A DNA stretch of 64,000 nt, taken from a virus. Every line of letters starts with the position of its first letter. Within the stretch, counting starts at the first letter, position 1. The stretch spans positions 27,667-91,666 of the IMG/VR virus record IMGVR_UViG_3300010885_027635. One strand, 5' to 3'. A program made the position numbers and the translations under genes. Shown in pieces: positions 46,531-55,318 of the stretch. The notes beneath the pieces were generated by a model. The model did not search any database. It was not told the origin of the DNA and worked only from the letters and a program-made list of their open reading frames with translations.

Positions 46531-47544
46531 ATGAGTCTATTTAAAAAAGTAGCAGTATGTACCGATATCCACTTTGGCCTAAAATCAAATAGCCTACAAC
46601 ACAATCAAGATTGTAGTGATTTTATTGATTGGTTTATTGAAACGGCCCGAGCTAATGGATGCGAAACTGGCATGTTCCTTGGCGATTGGAGCCACCAACG
46701 TGCGGCTATAAACATGCAGACCTTGCAGTACAGTCTGCGTAGTTTAGAAAAGCTGTCAGCGGCATTTGATCGTTTTTATTTTATTCCAGGCAACCACGAT
46801 TTGTATTACCGTGACAAACGAGATATCTACAGTACTGAATGGGCTAAACATATCCCCAACATACAGATTGTCAATGATTGGTTCCAAGACGGCGATGTCA
46901 TAATCGCACCCTGGCTGGTGGGTGATGATCATAAACGTATTCCAAAAATGTCAGCCAAGTACATGTTTGGGCATTTTGAATTGCCACACTTTAAAATGAA
47001 TGCCATGGTAGAAATGCCAGACCACGGCGAAGTCAAGGTAGAAAGTTTTGGCGGTTTTGACAAGGTGTTTAGTGGGCACTTCCATTTACGACAACAGAAA
47101 AAGAATATCAACTACATTGGCAACTGCTTTCCACATAACTATGCCGACGCCGGCGATGCTGATCGTGGCATGATGATACTCGAGTGGGGAAGTGAGCCAG
47201 TGTATCATGCGTGGCCAAGACAACCCATGTATCGTGTGCTTAAATTAAGTCAGGTCATTGATTCGGCACCCAAAATACTTGTACCTAACATGCATGTTCG
47301 TGTAGAATTAGATATTGACATCAGCTACGAAGAAGCTAATTTTATCAAGGACACATTTGTTCGAGATTATAACTTAAAAGAAATGGCCTTGATCCCTGTT
47401 AAAAGTTCAGCTGTAGATTTAGACATGGCACCTGGTGAAGTCAAGTTTGAAAGTGTAGATCAGATTGTAACTGATCAACTAACCAATATTGAAAGTGAAT
47501 TTTACGATCCAAAACTATTGTTAAAGATCTATCAGAACCTATGA
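46531..47544 (+). CDS. gp47: Recombination endonuclease subunit gp47 (Mre11/SbcD-like)
   Basis: DIHFG, LGD, GNHD, GHFE and SGHFH metallophosphoesterase motifs. Confidence 0.9.
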   Translation: MSLFKKVAVCTDIHFGLKSNSLQHNQDCSDFIDWFIETARANGCETGMFLGDWSHQRAAINMQTLQYSLRSLEKLSAAFDRFYFIPGNHDLYYRDKRDIYSTEWAKHIPNIQIVNDWFQDGDVIIAPWLVGDDHKRIPKMSAKYMFGHFELPHFKMNAMVEMPDHGEVKVESFGGFDKVFSGHFHLRQQKKNINYIGNCFPHNYADAGDADRGMMILEWGSEPVYHAWPRQPMYRVLKLSQVIDSAPKILVPNMHVRVELDIDISYEEANFIKDTFVRDYNLKEMALIPVKSSAVDLDMAPGEVKFESVDQIVTDQLTNIESEFYDPKLLLKIYQNL

Positions 47545-49304
47545 TCCATATAAAAAACTTAACCGTAAAGAATTTTATGAGTGTGGGCAATAGCACACAA
47601 GCTATTGACTTTGATCGCAAGGACTTGACATTAGTGTTAGGTGAGAACTTGGATCTAGGCGGTGATGGCAGTCGTAACGGCACAGGTAAAACCACAATTA
47701 TCAATGCTCTCAGCTACAGCCTATACGGACAAGCACTCAGCAATATCCGCAAGGATAACCTTGTAAACAAAACCAACAATAAAAACATGTTGGTCAGTTT
47801 GGATTTCAGTGTGGGTGGCAAAGATTATCGGATTGAACGTGGACGTAAACCCAACGTGCTAAGATTCTTTGTAAACAATCAAGAACAAGTGGTCACAGAT
47901 GAAGCACAAGGTGATTCAAGAGAAACGCAAGATGCTATTGAGCAGACACTAGGCCTAAGTCATGACATGTTCAAACATATCCTGGCACTTAACACCTACA
48001 CAGAACCTTTCCTAAGTCTCAAAGCAAATGATCAACGCACTATCATTGAGCAGTTGTTAGGCATTACCATGTTGAGTGAACGTGCTGACAAGATCAAAGA
48101 ACACAATAGATCCACCAAAGAAGGCATTACACAAGAAGAATTTAGAATTCGGGCTGTTCAAGAAGCCAACAAGCGTATCGAAGAACAGATTGAATCATTG
48201 AAGCGTAGACAAACATTATGGGTCACCAAACATGGCGAAGATATCGCGGAACTTGAGAAAGCCCTCAAGGCGTTACAAAATATACAGATTGAAACAGAGA
48301 TCCAAGCTCACACGGATCACAAGGCATGGGATCAAAAGCGGAAGGATATCAATGAACTATCTGGTCAGATCTCGCGGATCAAATTGGATATTGGTCGGGA
48401 AGAAAAGTTGGCGGCCAAACTATCAAAAGAAATTGAAACGCTTGAAAATCATGAATGTCATACGTGCGGACAGGCCTTCCACGACAGTAAGCACGAACAA
48501 GTTTTGGAAAGCAAGCAGACGGAGTTGGCTACAGCTCGACAGAGTAGCTCGGAATACAGCACCCTGTTATCAGAGTTGGAGACTGCCCACACAGCCTTGG
48601 GCGTGTTAGGTAAACCACCTGTAATGTTTTATGACAAGGAATCAGATGCTATCCAGCATCAAGCTACTTTGAGTAATTTAGAACAACAGATCGCCACCAA
48701 ACACGCAGAAACAGATCCGTATGCAGAACAAATTACGGAAATGCAACAACAGGCCCTTCAGGAGATAACATATGACGCACTTAATGAACTTACTCGCTTA
48801 CAAGAGCATCAAGACTTCTTGCTCAAACTACTCACCAGCAAAGACAGCTTTATCCGTAAAAAGATTATTGAACAAAATCTTAGCTATCTAAATGCTCGAC
48901 TAACGCACTACCTAGATCGTGTAGGCTTGCCACACACAGTAGTGTTCCAAAATGACTTAACTGTCAGCATCGAAGAGCTAGGCCGTGAGCTGGACTTTGA
49001 TAACTTGAGTCGTGGTGAACGTAATAGACTAATCTTAAGTATGAGCTGGGCATTCAGAGATGTGTTTGAAAGCCTATACCAACCTATCAATCTGTTGTTT
49101 ATAGACGAAATGATCGACAACGGGTTGGATACGCAAGGTGTTGAAAATGCTCTAGCCTTGTTAAAACACATGAGCCGCGAACGACACAAATCAATTTGGC
49201 TAGTAAGCCACAGAGACGAGCTGGCTGGACGAGTTGAGAACATTCTTAAAGTAGTCAAAGAAGGTGGATTCACAAGTTACAACACGGATGTAGAAATTGC
49301 GTAG
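47541..49304 (+). CDS. gp46: Recombination ATPase gp46 (Rad50/SbcC-like)
   Basis: Walker A NGTGKTT, coiled coil with CHTC zinc hook, LSRGE signature, FIDE Walker B, VSH. Confidence 0.92.
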   Translation: MIHIKNLTVKNFMSVGNSTQAIDFDRKDLTLVLGENLDLGGDGSRNGTGKTTIINALSYSLYGQALSNIRKDNLVNKTNNKNMLVSLDFSVGGKDYRIERGRKPNVLRFFVNNQEQVVTDEAQGDSRETQDAIEQTLGLSHDMFKHILALNTYTEPFLSLKANDQRTIIEQLLGITMLSERADKIKEHNRSTKEGITQEEFRIRAVQEANKRIEEQIESLKRRQTLWVTKHGEDIAELEKALKALQNIQIETEIQAHTDHKAWDQKRKDINELSGQISRIKLDIGREEKLAAKLSKEIETLENHECHTCGQAFHDSKHEQVLESKQTELATARQSSSEYSTLLSELETAHTALGVLGKPPVMFYDKESDAIQHQATLSNLEQQIATKHAETDPYAEQITEMQQQALQEITYDALNELTRLQEHQDFLLKLLTSKDSFIRKKIIEQNLSYLNARLTHYLDRVGLPHTVVFQNDLTVSIEELGRELDFDNLSRGERNRLILSMSWAFRDVFESLYQPINLLFIDEMIDNGLDTQGVENALALLKHMSRERHKSIWLVSHRDELAGRVENILKVVKEGGFTSYNTDVEIA

Positions 49305-50166
49305 GGTTCGAGTTCTCCATGTTGAGCCTACTGACGTTTGTCAGGCAGCATGTCCCATGTGTGCTAGAGAGACCGATCCGAACTTTAATAAAAGTTCAAA
49401 GCATCATCTACGTGTGGAACATATTCAACAACATTTTACCGATCGAGCAATAGCACGATTAGACAAAATGTTTATGTGTGGCAACTATGGCGATCCTGCT
49501 GCAGGCTACTATACCATGGACATCTACAACTACTTTAGAAAAATCAATCCCAACATTGTGTTAGGCATGAATACCAATGGTGCTGTTCAAAGTACATTTT
49601 TTTGGCATGCCTTGGGCAAGTTATTCAATCAGCCAGAAGATTATTGTGTGTTTAGTATTGACGGTTTAGAGGATACCAATCAGATATATCGTAAAAATGT
49701 AAACTGGGCCAAGCTAATGAGCAACGCTCAAGCATACATTGCCGCTGGCGGAAATGCTCAATGGGACATGCTGGTGTACAAACACAACCAACATCAAGTA
49801 GATGAGTGCGAGCAGTTGGCCCGTGACATGGGATTCAAGTGGTTCCGTGCTAAAGTTAGCAAACGTGGGTTTACTGATCGATTGGAATTTCCTATAGGAT
49901 GGCAACAACCAGCAATCAAACAAGGGCCTATTAAATGTCATGCACTTGATGAAAAAAGTATGTACATTGATGCTCAAGGTCGATTAAGTCCGTGTTGCTG
50001 GATTGGAGCTACTCAACGAGACTTTGTTAAAGATGATTTAAAAACTGTAAAATTGACTTGGAAAACAGATACACCCAATTTGGTGTGCGCAAGTACTTGT
50101 TCTACAAACAAAAATAAAACGGTGTTCCAGGATCAATGGCAACGAGAGGTTGAGTTGAATGTTTAA
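49297..50166 (+). CDS. Radical SAM protein with C-terminal Twitch-like domain
   Basis: CQAACPMC, CGNYGDP, FSIDG; C-terminal C...PCC...CASTC. Confidence 0.88.
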   Translation: MRRVRVLHVEPTDVCQAACPMCARETDPNFNKSSKHHLRVEHIQQHFTDRAIARLDKMFMCGNYGDPAAGYYTMDIYNYFRKINPNIVLGMNTNGAVQSTFFWHALGKLFNQPEDYCVFSIDGLEDTNQIYRKNVNWAKLMSNAQAYIAAGGNAQWDMLVYKHNQHQVDECEQLARDMGFKWFRAKVSKRGFTDRLEFPIGWQQPAIKQGPIKCHALDEKSMYIDAQGRLSPCCWIGATQRDFVKDDLKTVKLTWKTDTPNLVCASTCSTNKNKTVFQDQWQREVELNV

Positions 50167-51853
50167 TTATACAGTGATTGACGAGTATCAATTAGAAATT
50201 ACTAGTTATTGCAATGCTGCTTGCCCGCAGTGCCCTCGTAACGATCACGGTATTGGTATCAATAAAAGAATGCCGTTGTGTCATCTCGATCGTCATGTTA
50301 TAGATCAAACCTTTACACCAGAACTATGTAATAGATTACGACAAGTATTTTTCTGTGGTAGCTATGGTGATCCAATTATGCATCCAGACTTCCTGGACAT
50401 ACTTCGAGACTTTAGATTAAAAAATCCAAAGCTATGGTTATACTTTCATACCAACGGCGGAGTGCATGATCCAGAGTATTGGGCAGAGATTGCACATATA
50501 ATGGCAGGCTATGGACAAATTGATTTTGGCATCGATGGGCTTGAAAACACTTTGCATTTGTATCGAAAAAATGTAAAATACAGCAAGGTTATTGAAAATG
50601 CCAAAGCGTTTATTAACGCAGGTGGACGAGCACAGTGGAATTTTATAGTGTTTGGTCATAACGAAGCCGAAGTTGAAAAAGTAAAACAATTGGGCAATGA
50701 GCTAGGGTTTTTTAATGTATTAATTAGAAAAACTGGAAGATTTTTAAATCATAGGACGTTAGAAGAAATACCGCTGTGGCCGGTTAACAACGGATTTGCA
50801 ATTGAGCCCCCAACAAATCCAGAATATCGCAATCAAAGTATTATGTTTTTGCCCGACTTAAAAAAACAGTATGGCAATATTAAAGAATACTTTAATACTA
50901 CAAAGATCAACTGTGATGCACTGTTAGGAAAAAAGGTAGTTGTTACAGCCGAAGGATTGGTGTTGCCTTGTAATTTTTTTACACATAATTTGTACGATCG
51001 AAGATTCTATGAAGAAGGTGTATTACCAGAATCCAACGAGCTTAGTAAAGTTGACGGAAAAAATCAAGTCAGAACATTTTTAGAATCGTATAATTTAGAT
51101 AGTTTTAATATTAACCTACACAGTCTTGAAGAAATATTTAACAACCCTATGTGGGGAGATTTAGTTGAAAGTTGGAATAAAACATTGGATAACGGACGCT
51201 TGTTTGAGTGTTCGATGACTTGTGGATCAAAATTCACCAAGGTCTGGGATCAAGGAGGAAATAAAAAAATTATGAAATATATGATTACTGGCGGCAACCG
51301 CGGGCTAGGTGCAAAATTTGTTGATCACTTTAACGGAGATAGTTATAGTCGTAGCAATGGTTACGACATTACTAAAGATATAGATAAACTTGCTATAAAA
51401 AGTTTAGACTATGATGTGTTTATAAACAATGCTTTTGATGGGCCATTTCAAGAAGAGTGGGCCAATTTTGGACAGGTTAAGTTGTTATTTGCTGTGGCCG
51501 AACTGTGGTCCAAAGAAAACAAAACAGGATATATTATTAATATTGGCAGTTCAGGAAGTGAAAATACAGTTGCTCCTATTCCTAGCTTTGAAACTTATCG
51601 CGTTAGTAAAACAGCATTAAAAGAACATAGTCGTCAATGGACTCGAGCATTCAAAGAAAATCGAGTGCTATTTAAAACCAGTTTGTTAACTCTGGATCGT
51701 ATAGATACAGAATTGTCTCGTAGTCGTGCAAGCTGGACTGGTAATGGACTTAATACAACAGATATCTGTTCTTACATTGAGCTAATTACTAACACTCAAT
51801 CAAATACATGCATTGAAGAAATTGTATCGTGGGTGAATTTTGAACATAACTAA
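50159..51853 (+). CDS. Radical SAM protein fused to C-terminal short-chain dehydrogenase (SDR)
   Basis: CNAACPQC and CGSYGDP; then MITGGNRGLG, FINNA, INIGS and YRVSK (YxxxK). Confidence 0.85.
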   Translation: MFNYTVIDEYQLEITSYCNAACPQCPRNDHGIGINKRMPLCHLDRHVIDQTFTPELCNRLRQVFFCGSYGDPIMHPDFLDILRDFRLKNPKLWLYFHTNGGVHDPEYWAEIAHIMAGYGQIDFGIDGLENTLHLYRKNVKYSKVIENAKAFINAGGRAQWNFIVFGHNEAEVEKVKQLGNELGFFNVLIRKTGRFLNHRTLEEIPLWPVNNGFAIEPPTNPEYRNQSIMFLPDLKKQYGNIKEYFNTTKINCDALLGKKVVVTAEGLVLPCNFFTHNLYDRRFYEEGVLPESNELSKVDGKNQVRTFLESYNLDSFNINLHSLEEIFNNPMWGDLVESWNKTLDNGRLFECSMTCGSKFTKVWDQGGNKKIMKYMITGGNRGLGAKFVDHFNGDSYSRSNGYDITKDIDKLAIKSLDYDVFINNAFDGPFQEEWANFGQVKLLFAVAELWSKENKTGYIINIGSSGSENTVAPIPSFETYRVSKTALKEHSRQWTRAFKENRVLFKTSLLTLDRIDTELSRSRASWTGNGLNTTDICSYIELITNTQSNTCIEEIVSWVNFEHN

Positions 51854-51859
51854 TAGTCC

Positions 51860-52288
51860 ATGGTATGGTTGTACGAAAACACTCAAATTCAAGAACTACC
51901 CGAAGATTGTGTCGGATTTGTTTATTTGATCACAAATAACATTTCTGGCAGAAAGTATATTGGAAAAAAATTAGCAAAATTTAGTAAAACCTCATACAAA
52001 GTAGTAAAATTAAAGAACGGCAACAAAAAACGCAAGAAAATTAAGAGCAAAATAGATTCAGACTGGCAGCTATACTATGGAAGCAACGATCAACTCAATA
52101 AAGACATTGCAGAGCTAGGCTCAGACAACTTCACAAGAGAAATATTATTTTATTGCAACTCAAAGGCCGCGTGTAGTTACGTAGAAGCTAGAGAACAATT
52201 TAATCATAGAGTATTGGAATCAGACGACTACTATAACGGACAAATAGTGTGCCGTATACACGGTAGTCACATAAAAAACAAAATTTAG
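51860..52288 (+). CDS. Minimal GIY-YIG (Seg-like) nuclease-fold protein
   Basis: GFVYLITN...KYIGKK, YYGS, FTREIL, conserved E (VEAREQ) and YYN; only 142 aa, with no C-terminal DNA-binding domain. Confidence 0.75.
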   Translation: MVWLYENTQIQELPEDCVGFVYLITNNISGRKYIGKKLAKFSKTSYKVVKLKNGNKKRKKIKSKIDSDWQLYYGSNDQLNKDIAELGSDNFTREILFYCNSKAACSYVEAREQFNHRVLESDDYYNGQIVCRIHGSHIKNKI

Positions 52289-52289
52289 A

Positions 52290-52700
52290 TAGGCAGCTTT
52301 ACTGACTCTGCGATAGATGTTTGATCTATCCCCATCGAGGAACGGTGCAATACCCGGTCTAGAACTTTGGGCGTCAAAGGCAATTGCTAACTTAAGGCAA
52401 CAAATGGTTTGGGCAACGTTGAAAAAGATACGACCCATGCTCGTAGGACTTGGATTTATTATCGGGTCACTAGGGTTCCGTTGATATGTGAAGCTTGAGT
52501 AGGGGGTACCGGTCAACCGCCTCCGTGTATGGTGTACATACAATCTCATTATAATAAATGACAGCTACAACTCGGATAATGTAGAAGTCAGTTCACCGTG
52601 CATACGGTGAATTGTGACCGCATAATCTGGATAATGCTAAAGAAAAACAATCATGTGTGAGCTTTAGCGAAACACATAGATTAGCGTAGCTAATCTTTTA
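52290..52700 (+). ncRNA. Putative large structured non-coding RNA (~410 nt)
   Basis: Largest gap without a credible ORF in the window; about 10 hairpins plus long-range helices (52301-07/52586-92; 52352-58/52461-67; 52341-45/52478-82); ends in a terminator; strand inferred from the upstream gene and terminator. Confidence 0.6.
52678..52700 (+). terminator. Intrinsic terminator
   Basis: AGATTAGC-GTA-GCTAATCT followed by TTTA, between convergent transcription units. Confidence 0.65.
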
Positions 52701-52707
52701 ACATCAA

Positions 52708-53040
52708 TCAGAATGTATCAGGCCAATCTCGAAACAAGGCATGTTGAATGTCTCCTGCAACAAACTGATTGAAGCTTTTGTGTTTTGTCTCAAGCTCACC
52801 TTCAAGTGGAGCAACACGTTTAAAAGCCGAGTCCATTTGACCCATATCTTTGAACTCCATCAGTATCATCCATTCAGGCATGTCAGCAATACTACGGAAG
52901 CCCATTTTACATCTAGTAATTCTGTATGATTCCATTTTGCCTTCTGTGATCAAATGCTCAAAGAAACTTTTCATTCCATTGACCCAATCAATGTCCGTGA
53001 TGTCGCCTTCTTTGTTTGCCCAAATTGTATACAGGTCCAT
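52708..53040 (-). CDS. Dimeric alpha/beta-barrel-like protein (DUF6614-like)
   Basis: YRITRCKMGF...PEWMILMEF..M.Q.D.AF, ALFRDWPD; family recalled from pattern only. Confidence 0.5.
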   Translation of the reverse strand: MDLYTIWANKEGDITDIDWVNGMKSFFEHLITEGKMESYRITRCKMGFRSIADMPEWMILMEFKDMGQMDSAFKRVAPLEGELETKHKSFNQFVAGDIQHALFRDWPDTF

Positions 53041-53074
53041 GTTTATCCTTAAATAGTTATATGGGTATATTTAA

Positions 53075-53755
53075 ATGAAAATACAGTTCAATCATAATTT
53101 TGGTCACCAGGAGCAGGGCGAGTGCTTTCACTTTGGATGTGAGTTAGTTGATGTAGCTGACACCGAGTTTGATGCTGCGTTGGATTTTGGGTTTTTGCTT
53201 ACTATTGATCGCGGGCAAATGCGATGGTATCAGAGTCGTAGCACCAGAGTACGCACAACGGATACTGACTACGAGTTGTTGAACAACGCAAAGTTAATTG
53301 CAGATCCAACACCAAGTCAGTTAGTAGAAATGGATCATATCTATACTGCATATTGTTATTATAAAAAATTTAAAAAATATTTTGAAGTTGGTTTTCGACT
53401 TACACAAGATCGAATCATGGCCTATTATCAAAACGATGCCTGGGTAGCATGGGCCAAACTCAGACACTACACACCTAAAGCCATTGAAACTTGTTTGTTT
53501 GTTTGGGATTACAGTCGACCAGCTACCAAGTTGGGCAACACTAGTCTACAGCACGAGATTGCGTGGGCCAAACAATCAGGCTATGAGTTTGTGTATCTTG
53601 GCCCAGGATATGAACGTAGCAGTGTATACAAATCAAACGTACAGGGATTTGAGTGGTGGGATGGAGCAGAGTGGACTGCTGATACAGATCGATACCGTTG
53701 GTTATGCCAACGAGACAGCAAACTTAAATCTGTCTCGGATCTTTACGATGTGTAA
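53075..53755 (+). CDS. Aminoacyl-tRNA-protein transferase-like (ATE1/Bpt-type GNAT)
   Basis: WDY...LGNTSLQHEIAWAKQSGYEFVYLG..Y....YK matches the ATE C-terminal LG....L.EI..A...G..Y.YLGY......YK pattern. Confidence 0.65.
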   Translation: MKIQFNHNFGHQEQGECFHFGCELVDVADTEFDAALDFGFLLTIDRGQMRWYQSRSTRVRTTDTDYELLNNAKLIADPTPSQLVEMDHIYTAYCYYKKFKKYFEVGFRLTQDRIMAYYQNDAWVAWAKLRHYTPKAIETCLFVWDYSRPATKLGNTSLQHEIAWAKQSGYEFVYLGPGYERSSVYKSNVQGFEWWDGAEWTADTDRYRWLCQRDSKLKSVSDLYDV

Positions 53756-54230
53756 ACAAAGCTGTTAGATATTCTTCAGGCCAGGTATCATAAAAGCCCT
53801 TCTTGGCAACAAGTTGGGCTTTTTCATTTAGGTCACTCAGACTTTGCACCAGAGCCAAGGCATAGGTACCTTGATTCATACTAACACCATTGACAATTTC
53901 AGGATCGCCTGGATGATCCTCTAAAGCCAACAAGTTGTTATCCAATAGGTGCACAATGTTTGCAGCCCGTAGACTTTCGCTAAAATGCCGGTATTCCCAA
54001 TATGCAGGATCGTAAGCAAAGATAATAACACTCTTGTTTAATCCACTTTTGGAAATCTCCAGCAAGTCTACATAAGGATCTGTGCCTAACCTGACTTCAA
54101 AGTCTTTATCTAGTCTAGCTTTTCTAGCATACGGGCACGGAGCCCAGTTGCCCAGTGCAGGATGAGGAACTTCTACAAAGTCTACTATCCACTGCTCTAT
54201 TGCTTGTTTTACAGTTGTTAAGTCTAGCAT
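53724..54230 (-). CDS. DUF1415-like protein
   Basis: W...FV.......PCPYA, DHP, LVQ..S.L..A. Confidence 0.45.
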   Translation of the reverse strand: MLDLTTVKQAIEQWIVDFVEVPHPALGNWAPCPYARKARLDKDFEVRLGTDPYVDLLEISKSGLNKSVIIFAYDPAYWEYRHFSESLRAANIVHLLDNNLLALEDHPGDPEIVNGVSMNQGTYALALVQSLSDLNEKAQLVAKKGFYDTWPEEYLTALFTHRKDPRQI

Positions 54231-54418
54231 CAGAAGAAAGGCAATCCAGATTTTTTAGTAGTCTCAAGATTTTCTTTTACGATGTCATCGATAATGCCGC
54301 GTTCGGATCGACTCATCTGCATGGCTTCATCGTATGTTACCCCGCCTCGCATGTACCAACACAATTTTAAAACATCAAGCCGAATGTTGCGTGTTTCTTT
54401 CTCCATGGCTTCGACCAT
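54230..54418 (-). CDS. gp51-like baseplate hub/tail assembly ORF (probably the -1 frameshift extension of the upstream gene)
   Basis: WYMRGGVTYDEAMQMSRSER resembles the gp51/gpT-like 'W...E...M...ER' pattern; frame open upstream to the slippery site. Confidence 0.6.
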   Translation of the reverse strand: MVEAMEKETRNIRLDVLKLCWYMRGGVTYDEAMQMSRSERGIIDDIVKENLETTKKSGLPFF

Positions 54419-54444
54419 AAGGCCGATGCCTTCGGAGTCTAGGA

Positions 54445-55287
54445 CTAGGAGGCGGTTTCGAAAAAATTTGACATGTCAAGAGTAAACTCTTGTTTATACT
54501 CATGCGAGCATTCAGGACAAGTAAGTTGTAGTGGGGGAATATCTGTTTGTGATCTCAGTTCAATTACTTTGTCACGTACTGTTTCAAACACGTTCTTTGG
54601 TGCATTGACCAAAAACTCTTCAATTTGCTTGCCGTCGGTTACCATAGCATCTGAAGTTTTAACTGCGGCAACCGAAGCACTGATACTGCGAATAGTCAAG
54701 TTGGTAATGCGTCTAAATGCATCACCTAGCTGTTTCATTTTTTCTTCTTCGCCGGTGTCGCTGTTGTTGACAATTTGTATAATTTTTGAATCTTCGTACT
54801 GTACACGGCTGATATCGTTGATTTGACGATAGGTTAGTGGCGTAAAGAACATGGTTAAATCACCAATTGACAACGGTTTATCGTAGTCGGGCATTTTTAT
54901 GTTGTCTAACACTGTACGCAGATCAACTGTGACCTGATGAGTGTGGCCACAACTAGGACAAGTAGACGAAATTTCCATTTCGTGTCCGTAACTGGCTAGT
55001 CGAATAGCACACAACAATGCACTAAGATCCACGGCTGTTACTGCCCACGGATCTGCAATAGCTGGCACACAACTGCCAATAACTCCAGCGGTACTTGCAC
55101 CGTTAAACAAGGCGTCTGGCGTTCGATTGGTAATTTCGTCCACAGCAGTCATAGGAAATATTGGAATTTCACCATTGGGCGGCAGTGCTACTGTGCCTGC
55201 AGGATAAAATTTCCCGCCACTGGGCAACCGCAAATGAATTGCTGGTTGTCTAAAGTATTTGCTCAAAGGATTGGTAGTTTGGGTCAT
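54445..55287 (-). CDS. gp26: Baseplate hub assembly protein gp26-like
   Basis: NPLSKYFRQP...LPS.G, PMTAVDE, D...L.AIR.ASYG, CPSC and CPEC, ending D..NFF. Confidence 0.8.
   Translation of the reverse strand: MTQTTNPLSKYFRQPAIHLRLPSGGKFYPAGTVALPPNGEIPIFPMTAVDEITNRTPDALFNGASTAGVIGSCVPAIADPWAVTAVDLSALLCAIRLASYGHEMEISSTCPSCGHTHQVTVDLRTVLDNIKMPDYDKPLSIGDLTMFFTPLTYRQINDISRVQYEDSKIIQIVNNSDTGEEEKMKQLGDAFRRITNLTIRSISASVAAVKTSDAMVTDGKQIEEFLVNAPKNVFETVRDKVIELRSQTDIPPLQLTCPECSHEYKQEFTLDMSNFFETAS
54460..54469 (-). other. Putative -1 programmed ribosomal frameshift site
   Basis: A AAT TTT TTC holds two overlapping X XXY YYZ heptamers in the correct phase; the -1 frame is open into 54418. Confidence 0.65.
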
Positions 55288-55297
55288 TTTTTCACCA

Positions 55298-55318
55298 TAA
55301 GTATTAGTATACTACTTA
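55298..55318. promoter_or_regulatory. Divergent late-type promoters (TAAGTA variant) between gp26 and the tape-measure-like genes
   Basis: TAAGTA on plus (55298-55303) and on minus (55313-55318), forming an imperfect palindrome. Confidence 0.45.

Noticed and set aside
52220-52549. 109-aa minus-strand ORF across the putative ncRNA
   Set aside because: It overlaps the GIY-YIG gene in antisense, has no RBS or recognisable motif, and the dense base-pairing is better explained as RNA structure
52290-52700. RNase P RNA, tmRNA, or group I/II intron identity for the structured region
   Set aside because: GAGGAAC only loosely resembles RNase P GAGGAAAGUCC and there is no matching 3' P4 strand; there is no tRNA-like T-arm or CCA end, no recognisable group I P7 or group II domain V, and no interrupted host gene in the flanks
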